Shown in pieces: positions 33,078-45,378 of a stretch of 64,000 bases of DNA. Origin of the DNA: an uncultured Acidobacteriota bacterium (GTDB taxonomy: Bacteria > Acidobacteriota > Vicinamibacteria > Fen-336); assembly GCA_963740655.1 (NCBI GenBank), contig CAVUFF010000002.1, forward strand, positions 17,790 through 81,789, written 5' to 3'. The notes under the pieces are model-generated. The model was not told the origin of the DNA, made no database searches, and was given only the letters and a program-made list of their open reading frames with translations. Both the position numbers and the translations under genes were made by a program. Every line of letters starts with the position of its first letter. Position 1 is the first letter of the stretch.

Positions 33078-35629
33078 CGCCGCTTCGCGCGCGGCTTGTC
33101 GTCCCGGTCGCGCGCGCGCTCCCGTGCCTCCTCGGCGTCGTCGTCCGCGTCGTCGCCGTTGTGCGGCCGCACGAAGGCGGCGCGCACCGGGGCCGGCATG
33201 ACCGAGTCCGCGCCGCGCACCGACCGCCAGACGATCTCGTTGAGCTCGCGCTCGGGGGCGAGGTCGGCCTCGATCAGGTTCATGCGCAGCGAGGCCGAGG
33301 CACCCGGCGCGTCGGGGCGGTTCGTCTCGTCGAGCGGGACGCGCGCCGGATGCGCCGCGAAGGGCGCCGCGTCGGGCTTCGAAGCGAACGCGGCGAAGGC
33401 CGGCGTCGCGGCCGCGTCGTACTGGCTCATCGGCGGCAGGCCCAGTACGAGCTCGATCGTGCGCAGGACGCCCGTGGTGGTGTAGAGCGTCGAGTCCACG
33501 CTGCCCCGCTTCGCCCACGGGCTCGCCACGAGCAGCACCGAGCGGTGCGCGTCCACGTGGTCGGGGCCGTTCTGGGCGTCGTCCTCCAGCACGAACACGA
33601 CCGACTCGGGCCAGAAGCGGCTCTTCGAGATCGCCTCGACCAGGCGGCCGAGCGCCAGGTCGTTCTCGGCCACGAACGCGCGCGGGGTCGGGCGGCCGGG
33701 AGAGGTGCCGGCGGTGTGGTCGTTGCCGAGCCTGACGATGTTGAGGCGCGGAAGCCCGCCCTCCTTCTCGAAGCGGCGGAACTCCTCGAGCCAGACGTCC
33801 ACGCGCTCGTTGTCGCGAATCGAGAGGTCGTAGGGCGGATAGCTCGGGTGGACCTTGCCGACCAGGCCCGGCACCGTCGCCGTGACCGGGCCGCCCTTCG
33901 TCTGCCACGAGGCGAACTCGCCGTAGCTGCGGACCGAGACGCCGGCACGGCCCGCGAAGTCCCAGAGGTAGCCGTCGGCCGGCGCCGCTAGGTTGCCGTA
34001 GTTGTTGCGGATCTCGTGGCCGCCCTCGCTCAGGTAGAGCCCGCCGCGCTGGCCGTAGAGCGTGGGCCACAGCTTCTCGACGGCGTCGGTGGCGTAGGCT
34101 GCGGTCGAGAACGCGTGGCCGTCGTTGCTCACCTCGGCGTCCACGTAGAAGTTGTCGAGGAGGACGAACTCGCGCGCGAGGGCGTGCGCGTTCGGCGTCA
34201 CGTCGTCGCCGAAGAGCGTGAGGTTGGGATCGCCGTTGCCCTGCGGCAGGTCGCCGAGCACCTGGTCGTAGGTGCGGTTCTCGCGGATCACGTAGAACAC
34301 GTGCCGGATCGGCGAGGGCTCGCCCACGCGGCCGGGGATCGGCGAGCCCTCGGGCCTTCCGGGTGGCGCTTCCCGCCGGCCCTCGTTGTAGGCGCTCAAT
34401 GCGAACACGCGGGCGGTCTGCGTCGCGAGCTCGGCGGCGTCGGGGCGCTTCAGGATCGAGAGCGCCCCGTTCAGCAGCGCCGCGATGTAGCTCGAGTCGT
34501 CGCGCGTGGCGACGGGCTGCGGACCTCTCGGGTTGGCGACCGGCGTCAGGCCCTTGCCCGACAGCACGAGCAGGTTCTCGCCCCCGTGGTCGAAGGCGAC
34601 ACCGGTCGGATACCAGCCGGTGGGGACGAAGCCCTGGAAGCGGCTGTCGCCCGGCCGACCGACGTCCACCACCGCGACCGAGTTGTTGTCGGCGTTGGCG
34701 ACCAGGAGCGTCGCGCCGTCCGGCGAGAGCGCGAGCGCGTTGGGCGTCGAGCCCGGAGGGGCGTTCGGCGACAGCGCGACGCCGATGCGCTCCTCGACCT
34801 GGCGCGTCTTCAGGTCCACGACGTAGACGTGGTTGGTGTTGGCGCAGGCGACGAACAGCCGGCGCGCGTCCTTCGAGAACAGCATCGCGTTCGGGTGCTC
34901 GCCGACCGCGATCAGGGCGACGGGCGCGAGTGTCGCCGGGTCGAGAACGGCGACCTTGGCGCCGCCCCAGACGGAGACGTAGAGAAGGCGCCCGTCGGGC
35001 GCGAGCGCCACGCTGTAGGCCTCGGCGGCGAGGTCGCGGCGCGCGACCACGCGGCCGGACTGGAGCTCGAGCGAGACGACGGCCTTGCCGTAGACCTGGG
35101 CCGCGTAGAGCGTACGGCCGTCCGGCGAGACGGCCAGGCCGCCCATGAAGCCCGCGTTCATGAGCAGCATTTCGTCCTGCGTGGTCTGCGGCGGCGAAAC
35201 CACGAGCTTGCGCCCGAGCACCAGCTTGTCGCCCTTCCACTCGACCTCCTGGATCGAGTTGTCGGCAGCGCCCGAAGAGTAGAGCCGCTTGCCGTCCGGG
35301 TGCCAGGCGAGCCCGAGCCAGGCGTTGTCGAGCGGGAGCTTCTGGATCACCTCGCGCCGCTTCACGTCCACGACGCGCAGGCTCGGCTTCGACCAGCCGT
35401 TGTTCGTGATCACGAGGTGGCGCCCGTCCGGGTGCAGGGCCATGGCGAGCGGGAGGTCGCCGACGTCGAGGTGGCGGCCGGCGGGCGCGATGCGCCAGCC
35501 GTTCGGGAGCAGCGTCACGCCCCCGCCAAGCGGGCCGGGACGCGCGGCTTGCGGGGGAGCAGCGGAAACGGAAGCGACGGACAGAAGGAATGGGCCAAGG
35601 ACCGCCAAGCGCGAGCCACGAGGTTTCAA
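33074..35629 (-). CDS. Secreted bifunctional YncE-like beta-propeller / phosphoesterase (AcpA/PLC family) protein
   Basis: 851 aa. Signal peptide, repeated ..HPDGRHL..SPDG..L propeller motifs, then ..FYVIRENRTYDQVLGDL...FVLLDNFYVDAEVSNDGH....FVLEDDAQNGPDHVDAHRS. Confidence 0.8.
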   Translation of the reverse strand: MKPRGSRLAVLGPFLLSVASVSAAPPQAARPGPLGGGVTLLPNGWRIAPAGRHLDVGDLPLAMALHPDGRHLVITNNGWSKPSLRVVDVKRREVIQKLPLDNAWLGLAWHPDGKRLYSSGAADNSIQEVEWKGDKLVLGRKLVVSPPQTTQDEMLLMNAGFMGGLAVSPDGRTLYAAQVYGKAVVSLELQSGRVVARRDLAAEAYSVALAPDGRLLYVSVWGGAKVAVLDPATLAPVALIAVGEHPNAMLFSKDARRLFVACANTNHVYVVDLKTRQVEERIGVALSPNAPPGSTPNALALSPDGATLLVANADNNSVAVVDVGRPGDSRFQGFVPTGWYPTGVAFDHGGENLLVLSGKGLTPVANPRGPQPVATRDDSSYIAALLNGALSILKRPDAAELATQTARVFALSAYNEGRREAPPGRPEGSPIPGRVGEPSPIRHVFYVIRENRTYDQVLGDLPQGNGDPNLTLFGDDVTPNAHALAREFVLLDNFYVDAEVSNDGHAFSTAAYATDAVEKLWPTLYGQRGGLYLSEGGHEIRNNYGNLAAPADGYLWDFAGRAGVSVRSYGEFASWQTKGGPVTATVPGLVGKVHPSYPPYDLSIRDNERVDVWLEEFRRFEKEGGLPRLNIVRLGNDHTAGTSPGRPTPRAFVAENDLALGRLVEAISKSRFWPESVVFVLEDDAQNGPDHVDAHRSVLLVASPWAKRGSVDSTLYTTTGVLRTIELVLGLPPMSQYDAAATPAFAAFASKPDAAPFAAHPARVPLDETNRPDAPGASASLRMNLIEADLAPERELNEIVWRSVRGADSVMPAPVRAAFVRPHNGDDADDDAEEARERARDRDDKPRAKRR

Positions 35630-35683
35630 AAGGATCTCCGCGAAGAATTCAGGAACGCAAACATAACACCGCGACTGCCAGAT

Positions 35684-35720
35684 CCTTCAGGTCGCGCGCT
35701 CGACGGGCGCGACCTGAAGG
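35684..35720. terminator. 14-bp perfect-stem hairpin (CCTTCAGGTCGCGC-gctcgacgg-GCGCGACCTGAAGG) just after the ABC operon
   Basis: Seen directly, 4 nt downstream of the minus-strand stop at 35725. No U-tract. Confidence 0.5.
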
Positions 35721-35724
35721 GGAA

Positions 35725-36920
35725 TCACTCCGCGCGCAGCGCTTCGATCGGGTCGAGCGTGGCGGCGCGGCGCGCCGGCGCGACGCCGGCCACGACACCG
35801 GTCACGATGCTCGTGACGACGCCCGCGACCACGAAGCGCAGCGGCGTTTCGACCGGCAGGCCGGGGACCAGCACGCGCGCGAGCGCGCCCAGCCCGAGCC
35901 CGATCCCTATCCCGAGCGTCCCGCCCGCGGTCGCGAGCGCCACCGCCTCGGCCAGGAACAGCGACTGCACCTGCGCGGTCGTCGCGCCGAGCGCGCGCAA
36001 CAGGCCGATCTCGCCGGTGCGCTCGCCGACCGCGATCCACATCATCGTCAGGATCCCGATCGCCCCGACCAGGAGCGAGATCGATGCGATCGCGCCCACG
36101 GCCACGTCACCACGTCCATGACGTTGCCGAACACGTCGAGCATCTCCGCCTGGGTCGTGACCGTGAAGTCCTCGTCCCCGTGGCGCGAGGCGAGCACGCG
36201 CCGCACCTCGGCCGCGACGCGCTCGGCCACGCTCATGTTGCCGTAGATGAGGTCGATCTCGAACAGCTCGTCCTGGTTGAAGAGCCGCAGCGCGCTCGCC
36301 ACCGGCACGATCGCGATGTCGTCGACGTCGAAGCCGAGCATCTGGCCCTTCGGCTCCATCACGCCCGATGACGCGGAAGCGCGCCCCGGCGATCCGCACC
36401 CGCTCGCCGAGCGGGCTCGTCTCGCCGAACAGCTCGCGCGCGAGCTTCGGGCCCAGCACGGCGACGGCGGCCCCCCGGCGCGGGTCGCCCTTCGGCCAGG
36501 AACGAGCCCTGGCGCGCTCCGAACTTCCACAGCGCGGGCAGGTCGGGCGTGACGCCGAGCACCGAGACGCTGCGCCCGCGCTCGCCGGCCTCGACGCGCG
36601 CGAGGCCCATGGTCACCGGCACCATGGTCTCGACGCCCGGGATGCGCGCGAGCGCCTCGGCGTCGTCGATGGTGAGCTTGCGCGTCGTGCCGCCGAGGAC
36701 GCCCGGGATGCCGAGGGTCTCGACCTTGCCGGGGTTGACCGCCAGGATGTTGGTGCCGAACTGCGTGAACTCGCGAAGCACGTAGACGCGCGTGCCCTCG
36801 CCGATCGAGGTCAGCAGGATCACCGACGGCGACGCCGATCGCGATCCCGAGCATCGAGAGGAACGTGCGCAGGCGGTGCGCGGCGAGGGCGCCGGACGCG
36901 AGCCGGACGAGGTCGCTCAC
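35725..36920 (-). pseudogene. MacB/FtsX-type ABC permease 2, at least 4 frameshifts
   Basis: Homologous segments hop frames: MSDLVRLASGALAAHRLRTFLSMLGIAIGVA / ILLTSIGEGTRVYVLREFTQFGTNILAVNPG.. / LGPKLARELFGETSPLGERVRIAGARFRVIG / VMEPKGQMLGFDVDDIAIVPV.. / AIASISLLVGAIGILTMMWIAVGERTGEIGLLRALGA..LDPIEALRAE. Confidence 0.7.
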
Positions 36921-38135
36921 GCGCTCACCGCCCCGCGAGCGCGCGCCACCGGGTCGAGCCGCATCGCGCGCCGCGCGGGCAGCACGCCGAAGACCGCGCC
37001 GACCGCGACCGAGACGCGCGAAGCGCGGCCGCGACCGCCCAGATGGGCGGCGAGGCGGGCAGCGCCGGGTAGACCGCGACCAGCGCCAGCACGGCGGCCC
37101 ATCCGAGGCCGAGCCCGAGCAGACCGCCCGCCGCGGAGAGGAGCACCGCCTCCGCGAGGAACAGCCGACAGGATCTGGCCGCGCCCGGCGCCGAGCGCCT
37201 TCAGCAGGCCGATCTCGCGCGTGCGCTCGGAGACCGAGACGAGCATCACGTTCATGATCCCGATGCCGGCGACCGCGAGCGAGATCGCGGCGATGCCGGC
37301 GAGCGCCAGCGTCAGCGCGGCGAGGATCGAGTCGAGGGCCGAGACACCGCGTCCTGCGTGATGACGGTGACGTCCTCCTCGCCGTGGCGCTCGGTCAGCA
37401 GGCGCAGCACCGCCTGCTTCGCGGCGCCGAGGTCGGCGTAGCCCGCTCACCTGGATCACGAGCCGGAAGAGCCCCGAGCGGTTGAACATGCTGCATGGCG
37501 GTGGCGACCGGCACGAACACGACGTCGTCCATGTCCATGCCGAGCTGCGTGGCCGCGGGGCTCGAGCACGCCGATCACGCGCATGCGCCAGTCGCCCACG
37601 CGCACCACCTGGCCCAGCGGGATCGTCGGCGGGGAAGAGCTCGTGCGCCAGCTTGCAGCCGAGCACGGCGACCGGCGCGCCGCGGTCCCACGGGATCGCG
37701 GGCAGGAAACGCCCGCGCGACATCGACAGGCGGCGGACCTCGAGCGCCTCGTTCGACGAGCCGAAGAGCGACCACCTGCCGGCGCCGCTCGCCCGTAGGC
37801 CACGGTCTCGTTGCCCATCGACCATGGGCGCCAGCTCGTCCACCTCGCGCACGCCGCGTGCGACGGCGAGCGCGTCGTCGAGCGTGAAGTCGTTGCGGCA
37901 CGCCGCCGAACCCCGGCATGGCGCCCGTGGTCTCGGTCTTGCCGGGCAGCACGAGCGACCAGGTTGGTGCCGAGCGGCGGCGAACTGGCCGAGCACGTAG
38001 CGGCGCGCGCCCTCGCCGAGCGCGGTCAGCGACGACGGCGGCGACGCCGATCGCGACGCCCGAGCAGGCTGAGCGCGGTGCGCAGGCGATGCCCGCGCAA
38101 GCGCCCGCGCGCGAACAGCAGGAGGTCGAGCAAGC

Positions 38136-38139
<4 letters not shown>
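36917..38139 (-). pseudogene. MacB/FtsX-type ABC permease 1, multiple frameshifts
   Basis: [27 protein letters not shown].. / ..[17 protein letters not shown].. / [25 protein letters not shown].. / ..[39 protein letters not shown].. lie in different frames. GTGA overlap with permease 2. Confidence 0.7.
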
Positions 38140-38881
<742 letters not shown>

Positions 38882-38885
<4 letters not shown>

Positions 38886-40078
38886 CCGGGCACCGGCTGC
38901 GCCGGTCGGCCTCCGCCACGGTGGCGCGCGCGCCGGCCTTGACCTCGGGCCGGTCGAGCGAGGTCACGACGCGGTCGCCGGCCGCGAGCCCTGAGGCGAC
39001 CTCGGTCCAGTCCCAGTTGCGCAGGCCCACCGCGAGCGTCCGCCCGACCAGCCGGTCGCCTTCCAGCACCAGCACGCGCCCGCCCTCGAGCAGGGCCTGC
39101 GGTCGGCACGCGCAGCACGTCGTCGCGCGCGCTCAGGATCACCTCGACGTCGGCCGAGGTGCCGGGCAGCAGGCCGCCGGTGGCGCGGGGTCGTCGAGCT
39201 CGACCTCGATCTCGACCGTGCGGTTCTGCTCCGCCGGTCGAGCACGTAGGGCGCCACCCGACGACGTGAGCCGGGAAGTGCTTGCCGGGCTGCGGGTCGA
39301 CGCTGACGCGCGCCGGCTGGCCCTTCTTGATCCGACCCGAGTCGACCTCGTCCATCGGCGCGCTCACGTAGATCGAGCGCGTGTCGATCAGGTCGAGCAC
39401 CGGCGGGATCGGCAGCGCCGGGGGCGAGGGCGCCGTCCACTCGCCCTCCTCGATGAAGGTGTCGGCCACCACGCCGTCGAACGGCGCACGGAGCGCCGTC
39501 TTGTCGAGCTGGGCGCGGGCCAGCGCCACGGCGGAATCGGAGCGTTCGGCAGTGGCGCGGGCGGCGCGGCAGGCGGCCTCGGTTGTGCGCGCCTGGCTGT
39601 CGACGCCGTCGACCAGGTCGGGCGAGACGATGCCCTGGGCGGCGAGCGAGCGCGTCCGGTCCCGCTCGCGCACGGCGCGCTCCGCGGCGAGGCAGGCCTG
39701 GTCGGCCTGGGCGAGCGCGGCCTGGCGCTCGTCCTGGGACAGCCGGAGCTGCGCCTTCTGGAGCGCGTCGTCCACCCGCAGCAGCAGCTCGCCTTTCCTG
39801 ACGCGGGCGCCGCGGCGGTGGGGCAGCTCGAGCACGCGGCCCCCGATCTCCGGCGCGAGCTTCGCCCGGCGGCGGGCCTTGACCGTCCCGGCGCGGGAAT
39901 TCGTGACCGTCTCCTCGACCCGGCCCCGCTCGACCGCGGCGACCCGCACCGGCAGGACCTTGGGGGCGAAGAAGGTGGCGCGCAGGAGGAGCGCCGCTCC
40001 CAGGAGCGCGGCGGCGAGAGCCGCGCGTCCGAGCACGCCCTTGGTTGTCATGGCGGACGCCATTGTCCACCAAGCCAT
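38882..40078 (-). pseudogene. HlyD/MacA-type membrane-fusion (periplasmic adaptor) protein, at least 4 frameshifts in the 3' third
   Basis: Intact to ..SVDPQPGKHFPAHVV, then RVAPYVLDR, EQNRTVEIEVELDDP, ATGGLLPGTSADVEVILSARDDVLRVPT and LVLEGDRLVGRTLAVGLRNWDWTEV.. in shifting frames. ATGA overlap with the ATPase. Confidence 0.75.
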
Positions 40079-40208
40079 GCCAGGCCCGTAGCCGCAGGTG
40101 TCGTCCGTTGTCTCGGGCCGGTGTGATGCGCGCTACGTGTGCGACAACGTGACGTTTTTTGTGCTGGCGTTCGGAGCGAGGAGGGGCCTATATTCGCGCT
40201 GACAGGAG

Positions 40209-40669
40209 GTGAGCGTGAACGCCACCTTCGATGCTCCGATCCGCGCGAGCGCGTCCGTCCTGGAGCGCATCCTGGCGTCGGGCCACCCGGCGCTCGTCGT
40301 GTTCGAGACCCCGGGCTGCAGGCCGTGCGAGGCGCTGCGTCCCGCGCTCGAGGCGCTGGCGCACGAGTTCCACCGCCGCGCCGTCGTGGTGCGCGTCGCG
40401 GACGCGGCCGAGGGGTGGCTCGCCGCCCGCTACCACCTCACCTGCGTGCCGACGCTCGCCTTCTGGCGGGGCGGGCTCGAGCGGGCGCGCATCCGCGGCA
40501 ACCCCGGAACGGCTTCGATCCGCGCGCATCTCGACTTCCTTCTGACGGGCGAAGGGCGGCCCGATCACGCCGAGGGCGAGCAGCACACGCTCACGGCCCG
40601 CTTCGGCGCGGCGCCTGCGGCCGCGGCGCCCGCGCCCACGACGCCCCGAGCGCTGCTCGCGCGCCCGCT

Positions 40670-40673
<4 letters not shown>
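40209..40673 (+). CDS. Thioredoxin-like protein (CRPC active site)
   Basis: ..HPALVVFETPGCRPCEALRPALEALAHEF....CVPTLAFWRGG. Confidence 0.7.
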
Positions 40674-42106
<1,433 letters not shown>

Positions 42107-42160
42107 CCGCCCTCGTTGCGCTGCTCACGCCGCGCGCGGCTTCGCCCTTAGCATGGCGCC

Positions 42161-43258
42161 GTGGCCTCCAGCGGTCCCGTGCCCGCCCCGTGCTTCCGGT
42201 TCGGCGCGTTCCGCCTCTCGCCCGCGCGGCGCCAGCTGCTCGAGGGCGAGCGCGAGGTGCCGCTCATCCCGCGCTACTTCGACCTGCTGCTGCTGCTCGT
42301 CGAAAGGCGCGGCGAAGCCGTCAGCCGCCGCGTGATCTTCGACCGCGTCTGGCCCGACGTCGTCGTCTCGGACGGCGCGCTCAGCCAGGCCGTGCGCACG
42401 CTGCGCCGGGCACTCGGCGACGACCCGCGCGAGCCGCGCTTCATCCGCACGGTCTCGCGCCACGGCTACCAGTTCGTGTTCCCGGACGTGAGCGAAGCGG
42501 CCGAGCCGGGACCCGCGCCGGCGCCGTCCGCGGCATCCTCGCCTTCGCGCGACGGGGCCTCGGGCCTGCCGCTCGGGCGCGCGGCCTCGGCCGCGGGCGG
42601 CGGAGCGCTCGCCGGGCTCGTCGGCGGCCTGGGCGGCGGGCTGCTGCTGCGCTGGGCCGGCGACTGGAACGTCCCGGCGACGGTCGGCGCCGCGCTCGGC
42701 CTGGTGGGAGCGGCAACCGGGGCGCTCGGCGGCCTCGGGGTCGGCGCCGGTCTGGCGCTCGGCGAGTCGAGAGGGCGCGGCTTGCGGCCGCTCGTGCTCA
42801 TGGCGTGCGCCTCGCTCGGCGGCGGCGCGATCGGGCTCGTCGCCCACGCGCTCTGGCGCTGGACGATCGAGGGTGTGTTCGGGCACGCGGTGCCCGACGT
42901 GGGAGGAGCCGTCGAGGGCGTCGCGATCGGGGCGATCGTCGGGCTGGCCTACGGGCTCGCCGCGCCGCCGCCGCAGGGCAGCGGGCTCGACCGCGCGTCG
43001 CGCGCGCGCGCCGCGGCCGCGACCGGGCTCGCGACGGCGCTCGGCTGCTCCGCGATCTCGCTCCTCGGCGCGACGCTCGCCGGAGCGAGCCTCAACGCGA
43101 TCGCGCGCGCGTTCGAGGGCTCGCAGGTCGCCCTCGCGCCGCTCGCCCGCCGCCTCGGCGAGCCCGACATCGGGCCGCTCACGCGCGCGGCGCTCGGCGC
43201 GTGGGAGGGGATGCTGTTCGGCGCCGGCGTGGTGCTGGGCTTCACGCGGCGGCGCTGA
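42161..43258 (+). CDS. ToxR/CadC-like membrane-tethered OmpR-type winged-helix regulator
   Basis: ..FRFGAFRLSPARRQLLEGEREVPLIPRYFDLLLLLVERRGEAVSRRVIFDRVWPDVVVSDGALSQAVRTLRRALGD...IRTVSRHGYQF, followed by Gly/Ala-rich TM segments. Confidence 0.75.
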   Translation: MASSGPVPAPCFRFGAFRLSPARRQLLEGEREVPLIPRYFDLLLLLVERRGEAVSRRVIFDRVWPDVVVSDGALSQAVRTLRRALGDDPREPRFIRTVSRHGYQFVFPDVSEAAEPGPAPAPSAASSPSRDGASGLPLGRAASAAGGGALAGLVGGLGGGLLLRWAGDWNVPATVGAALGLVGAATGALGGLGVGAGLALGESRGRGLRPLVLMACASLGGGAIGLVAHALWRWTIEGVFGHAVPDVGGAVEGVAIGAIVGLAYGLAAPPPQGSGLDRASRARAAAATGLATALGCSAISLLGATLAGASLNAIARAFEGSQVALAPLARRLGEPDIGPLTRAALGAWEGMLFGAGVVLGFTRRR

Positions 43259-43262
43259 TAGA

Positions 43263-43550
43263 GTGAAGGACGGAGGACGAGCATTGTCAGCGACAACGGG
43301 ACGCAACGATCCCTGCCACTGCGGTTCGGGGAAGAAGTACAAGCAGTGCCACCTCGCCGCCGACGAGGCCAAGGCGCGCCAGGCGCGCGAGAAGGCCGCC
43401 GCCGCGGCGCCCGCGCCAGCGGCGGCGGAGACGGCGAAGGCCGCGAGCGCACCGCCGCGCCACAAGACGCACCAGCCCTGGAAGAAGACCGCCACGAACA
43501 CGCAGGGCTTCGGCAAGACGAGCCTGCCCCGCAAGGTGGGCGGCAGTTAG
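43263..43550 (+). CDS. SEC-C motif (zinc-binding) domain protein; start uncertain
   Basis: ..GRNDPCHCGSGKKYKQCH.. followed by an Ala/Lys-rich tail. Confidence 0.6.
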   Translation: MKDGGRALSATTGRNDPCHCGSGKKYKQCHLAADEAKARQAREKAAAAAPAPAAAETAKAASAPPRHKTHQPWKKTATNTQGFGKTSLPRKVGGS

Positions 43551-43552
43551 GA

Positions 43553-44401
43553 GTGGCCGGGGGCCGGCTGGCCGCGGCGCTCGCCGCCGCGCTCGCCCTC
43601 GGCTGCGCCTCCGCGCACAACTACCTCGATCCCGGCGGGCCGCGCTACGAGTACGGCCGCGAGGCCGCTGCGCCTCCGGCTCCTTCGGCAGCCGCTCCGC
43701 TCCGCGTCGTCAGCTTCAACATCGCCTACGCGATCGAGATCGACCGCGCGCTCGAGGTGCTGCGCGGCACCCCGGCGCTGCGCCAGCTCGACCTGCTCGC
43801 GCTGCAGGAGATGGACGCCCCGGGCACCGAGCGCATCGCGAAGGCGCTCGGCTTGAACGCCGTCTACTTCCCGAGCGGCGTGCACCCGAAGCACGAGCGC
43901 GACTTCGGCTGCGCGCTCTTGTCGCCGTGGCCGCTCGTCGAGCCGCGCAAGCTCGTCCTGCCCCACGGGGCGCGCGGCAGCGGGCTGCGCCGCGCGGTGA
44001 CGATCGCCACCCTGGTCCGCGGCTCCGAGCGGTTCCGCGCCTACTCGGTGCACCTGCCCTCGCCGCTCGCGGTCTCGGGCGGCTCGCGGCGTGAGGAGCT
44101 GCGCGTCCTGGCTGCGGACGCGTCCGCGTCGACGGATCCGGTGGTGATCGCCGGCGACTTCAACTCGCACGACAAGGTCGAGGAGCTCGAGCGCGCGGGT
44201 CTCGAGTGGCTGACGCGCCGGCTCGGGGACACGACGCGTTTCAAGCTGCTCGGGATCCCGATCACGGGGCTCAGCTACGACCACTTCATCGTGCGGGGAC
44301 TGCGGCTGGCCGAAGGCGACGCGGCGCTCGGCGTCGTCAAGGACAACCGCGGCGCGAGCGACCACCTGCCGATCTGGGCGGTGCTGACGCTGCGTCCGTA
44401 G
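43553..44401 (+). CDS. Endonuclease/exonuclease/phosphatase (EEP) family lipoprotein
   Basis: ..AAALALGCAS lipobox; LRVVSFNIAY...LLALQEMD...VIAGDFNS...ASDHLPIWAVL. Confidence 0.8.
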   Translation: MAGGRLAAALAAALALGCASAHNYLDPGGPRYEYGREAAAPPAPSAAAPLRVVSFNIAYAIEIDRALEVLRGTPALRQLDLLALQEMDAPGTERIAKALGLNAVYFPSGVHPKHERDFGCALLSPWPLVEPRKLVLPHGARGSGLRRAVTIATLVRGSERFRAYSVHLPSPLAVSGGSRREELRVLAADASASTDPVVIAGDFNSHDKVEELERAGLEWLTRRLGDTTRFKLLGIPITGLSYDHFIVRGLRLAEGDAALGVVKDNRGASDHLPIWAVLTLRP

Positions 44402-44553
44402 CCGTCAACCTTCGTCGCCGAGGTCGATGTCTTCCGCGGCGACCGGGATCCCGTGACGCGTCAGCCGCCCGGATCGGACCCGCCCCGGGAGCCCTCCGGC
44501 TCGCCGCTACCCGTGGCCACCCCGGCGACCCGTCGCGGGGCCGTGCGGGCGAG

Positions 44554-45087
44554 TCAGGGCTTCGGCGGGGGGTACTTGCCGATCAGCAGCCTCACGGCGG
44601 AGGCGGTCTCGGCGTCGATCTTCTGCTTGTCGATCGCCTTGTACTCGGTGGCCGCGCGCCAGACCGCGATGCCGTCCGAGCTGCGCTGCAGCTCGACGAG
44701 CAGCGTCCCCTCGACCACCTTCTGGAAGTCGACGCCCGTCGTGAGCTGCCCGGCGCCGCCGGGCAGCGTCGTCTGCCCCTGGGTCGGCGTGCCCTTGAAG
44801 CTCTCCTGCTTCTTCGTGTAGTAGCGCACCAGCAGGTCGCCCGGGCCGTCCTTCGCCTTCTTCAGCCCCTTCTTCTCGAGCTCGCGCTCCACGTACCAGA
44901 CGATGCGCGCGTGCATCCCGGGGTCGGTCGCGACCGCTTCGGTGTCCTTCCAGCTGAAGGTCTTGAAGCTCGCGAAGTCGACCTGCTTGTCGTAGTCGAG
45001 GTCGACGCGCGGCATCTTGAACTGCTGCGCGCCGGCCCCGGCGACGACGAGCGTCGCGGCCACCGCCACGAGCGCGAGTCTGCGCAC
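44554..45087 (-). CDS. DUF4136-like lipoprotein/periplasmic protein (GTG start)
   Basis: VRRLALVAVAATLVVAGAGA..; ..DLLVRYYTKKQES.....GTLLVELQRSSDGIAVWRAATEYKAID. Confidence 0.55.
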   Translation of the reverse strand: MRRLALVAVAATLVVAGAGAQQFKMPRVDLDYDKQVDFASFKTFSWKDTEAVATDPGMHARIVWYVERELEKKGLKKAKDGPGDLLVRYYTKKQESFKGTPTQGQTTLPGGAGQLTTGVDFQKVVEGTLLVELQRSSDGIAVWRAATEYKAIDKQKIDAETASAVRLLIGKYPPPKP

Positions 45088-45104
45088 GTGTGGCCTCGCC
45101 CGCT

Positions 45105-45314
45105 TCAGCGCTTCTTGGCGCTCTTGCGCCGGGCCGCCTTCTTCTTGCCCTTGCCCTTGCGCTTGGCGGCTTCCGCCTTCGACGTCTTGGCGAGGTCGGC
45201 GCGCTGGGCGCGCTCGTAGGTCTGGATGTCCTTGAATTGGCCGCTCGCGTCGCGGACCGCGTAGAGCTTCTTGCCCTTGCTGCTGCGGTGAGTCGTGCGC
45301 CTCGCCTTCGCCAT
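45105..45314 (-). CDS. Small Lys/Arg-rich basic protein
   Basis: MAKARRTTHRSSKGKKLYAVRDASGQFKDIQTYERAQRADLAKTSKAEAAKRKGKGKKKAARRKSAKKR. Confidence 0.45.
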   Translation of the reverse strand: MAKARRTTHRSSKGKKLYAVRDASGQFKDIQTYERAQRADLAKTSKAEAAKRKGKGKKKAARRKSAKKR

Positions 45315-45378
45315 CGAGCCCCTCCCTTTGTCGCCCGGCATCATGCGCGATCCGCGGGACCGAGCGCAAGCGCGGCGC

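Noticed and set aside
31656-35240. The 1194-aa minus-strand ORF is the longest in the track.
   Set aside because: It is out of frame or antisense relative to the domain-bearing MocR regulator (+) and YncE/phosphoesterase (-) genes. It consists almost entirely of R/A/G/P and has no recognisable motif. It is an artefact of stop-codon-poor high-GC sequence.
40140-40208. A possible sigma-54 promoter (TGGCGTTCGGAGCGA) near the NtrC-type regulator locus, and TGGACACTTAACGCC at about 46950 upstream of the cytochrome operon.
   Set aside because: The GG-to-GC spacing is 10-11 nt rather than the canonical 12, and the -12 element is poor. This is not enough to make a call.
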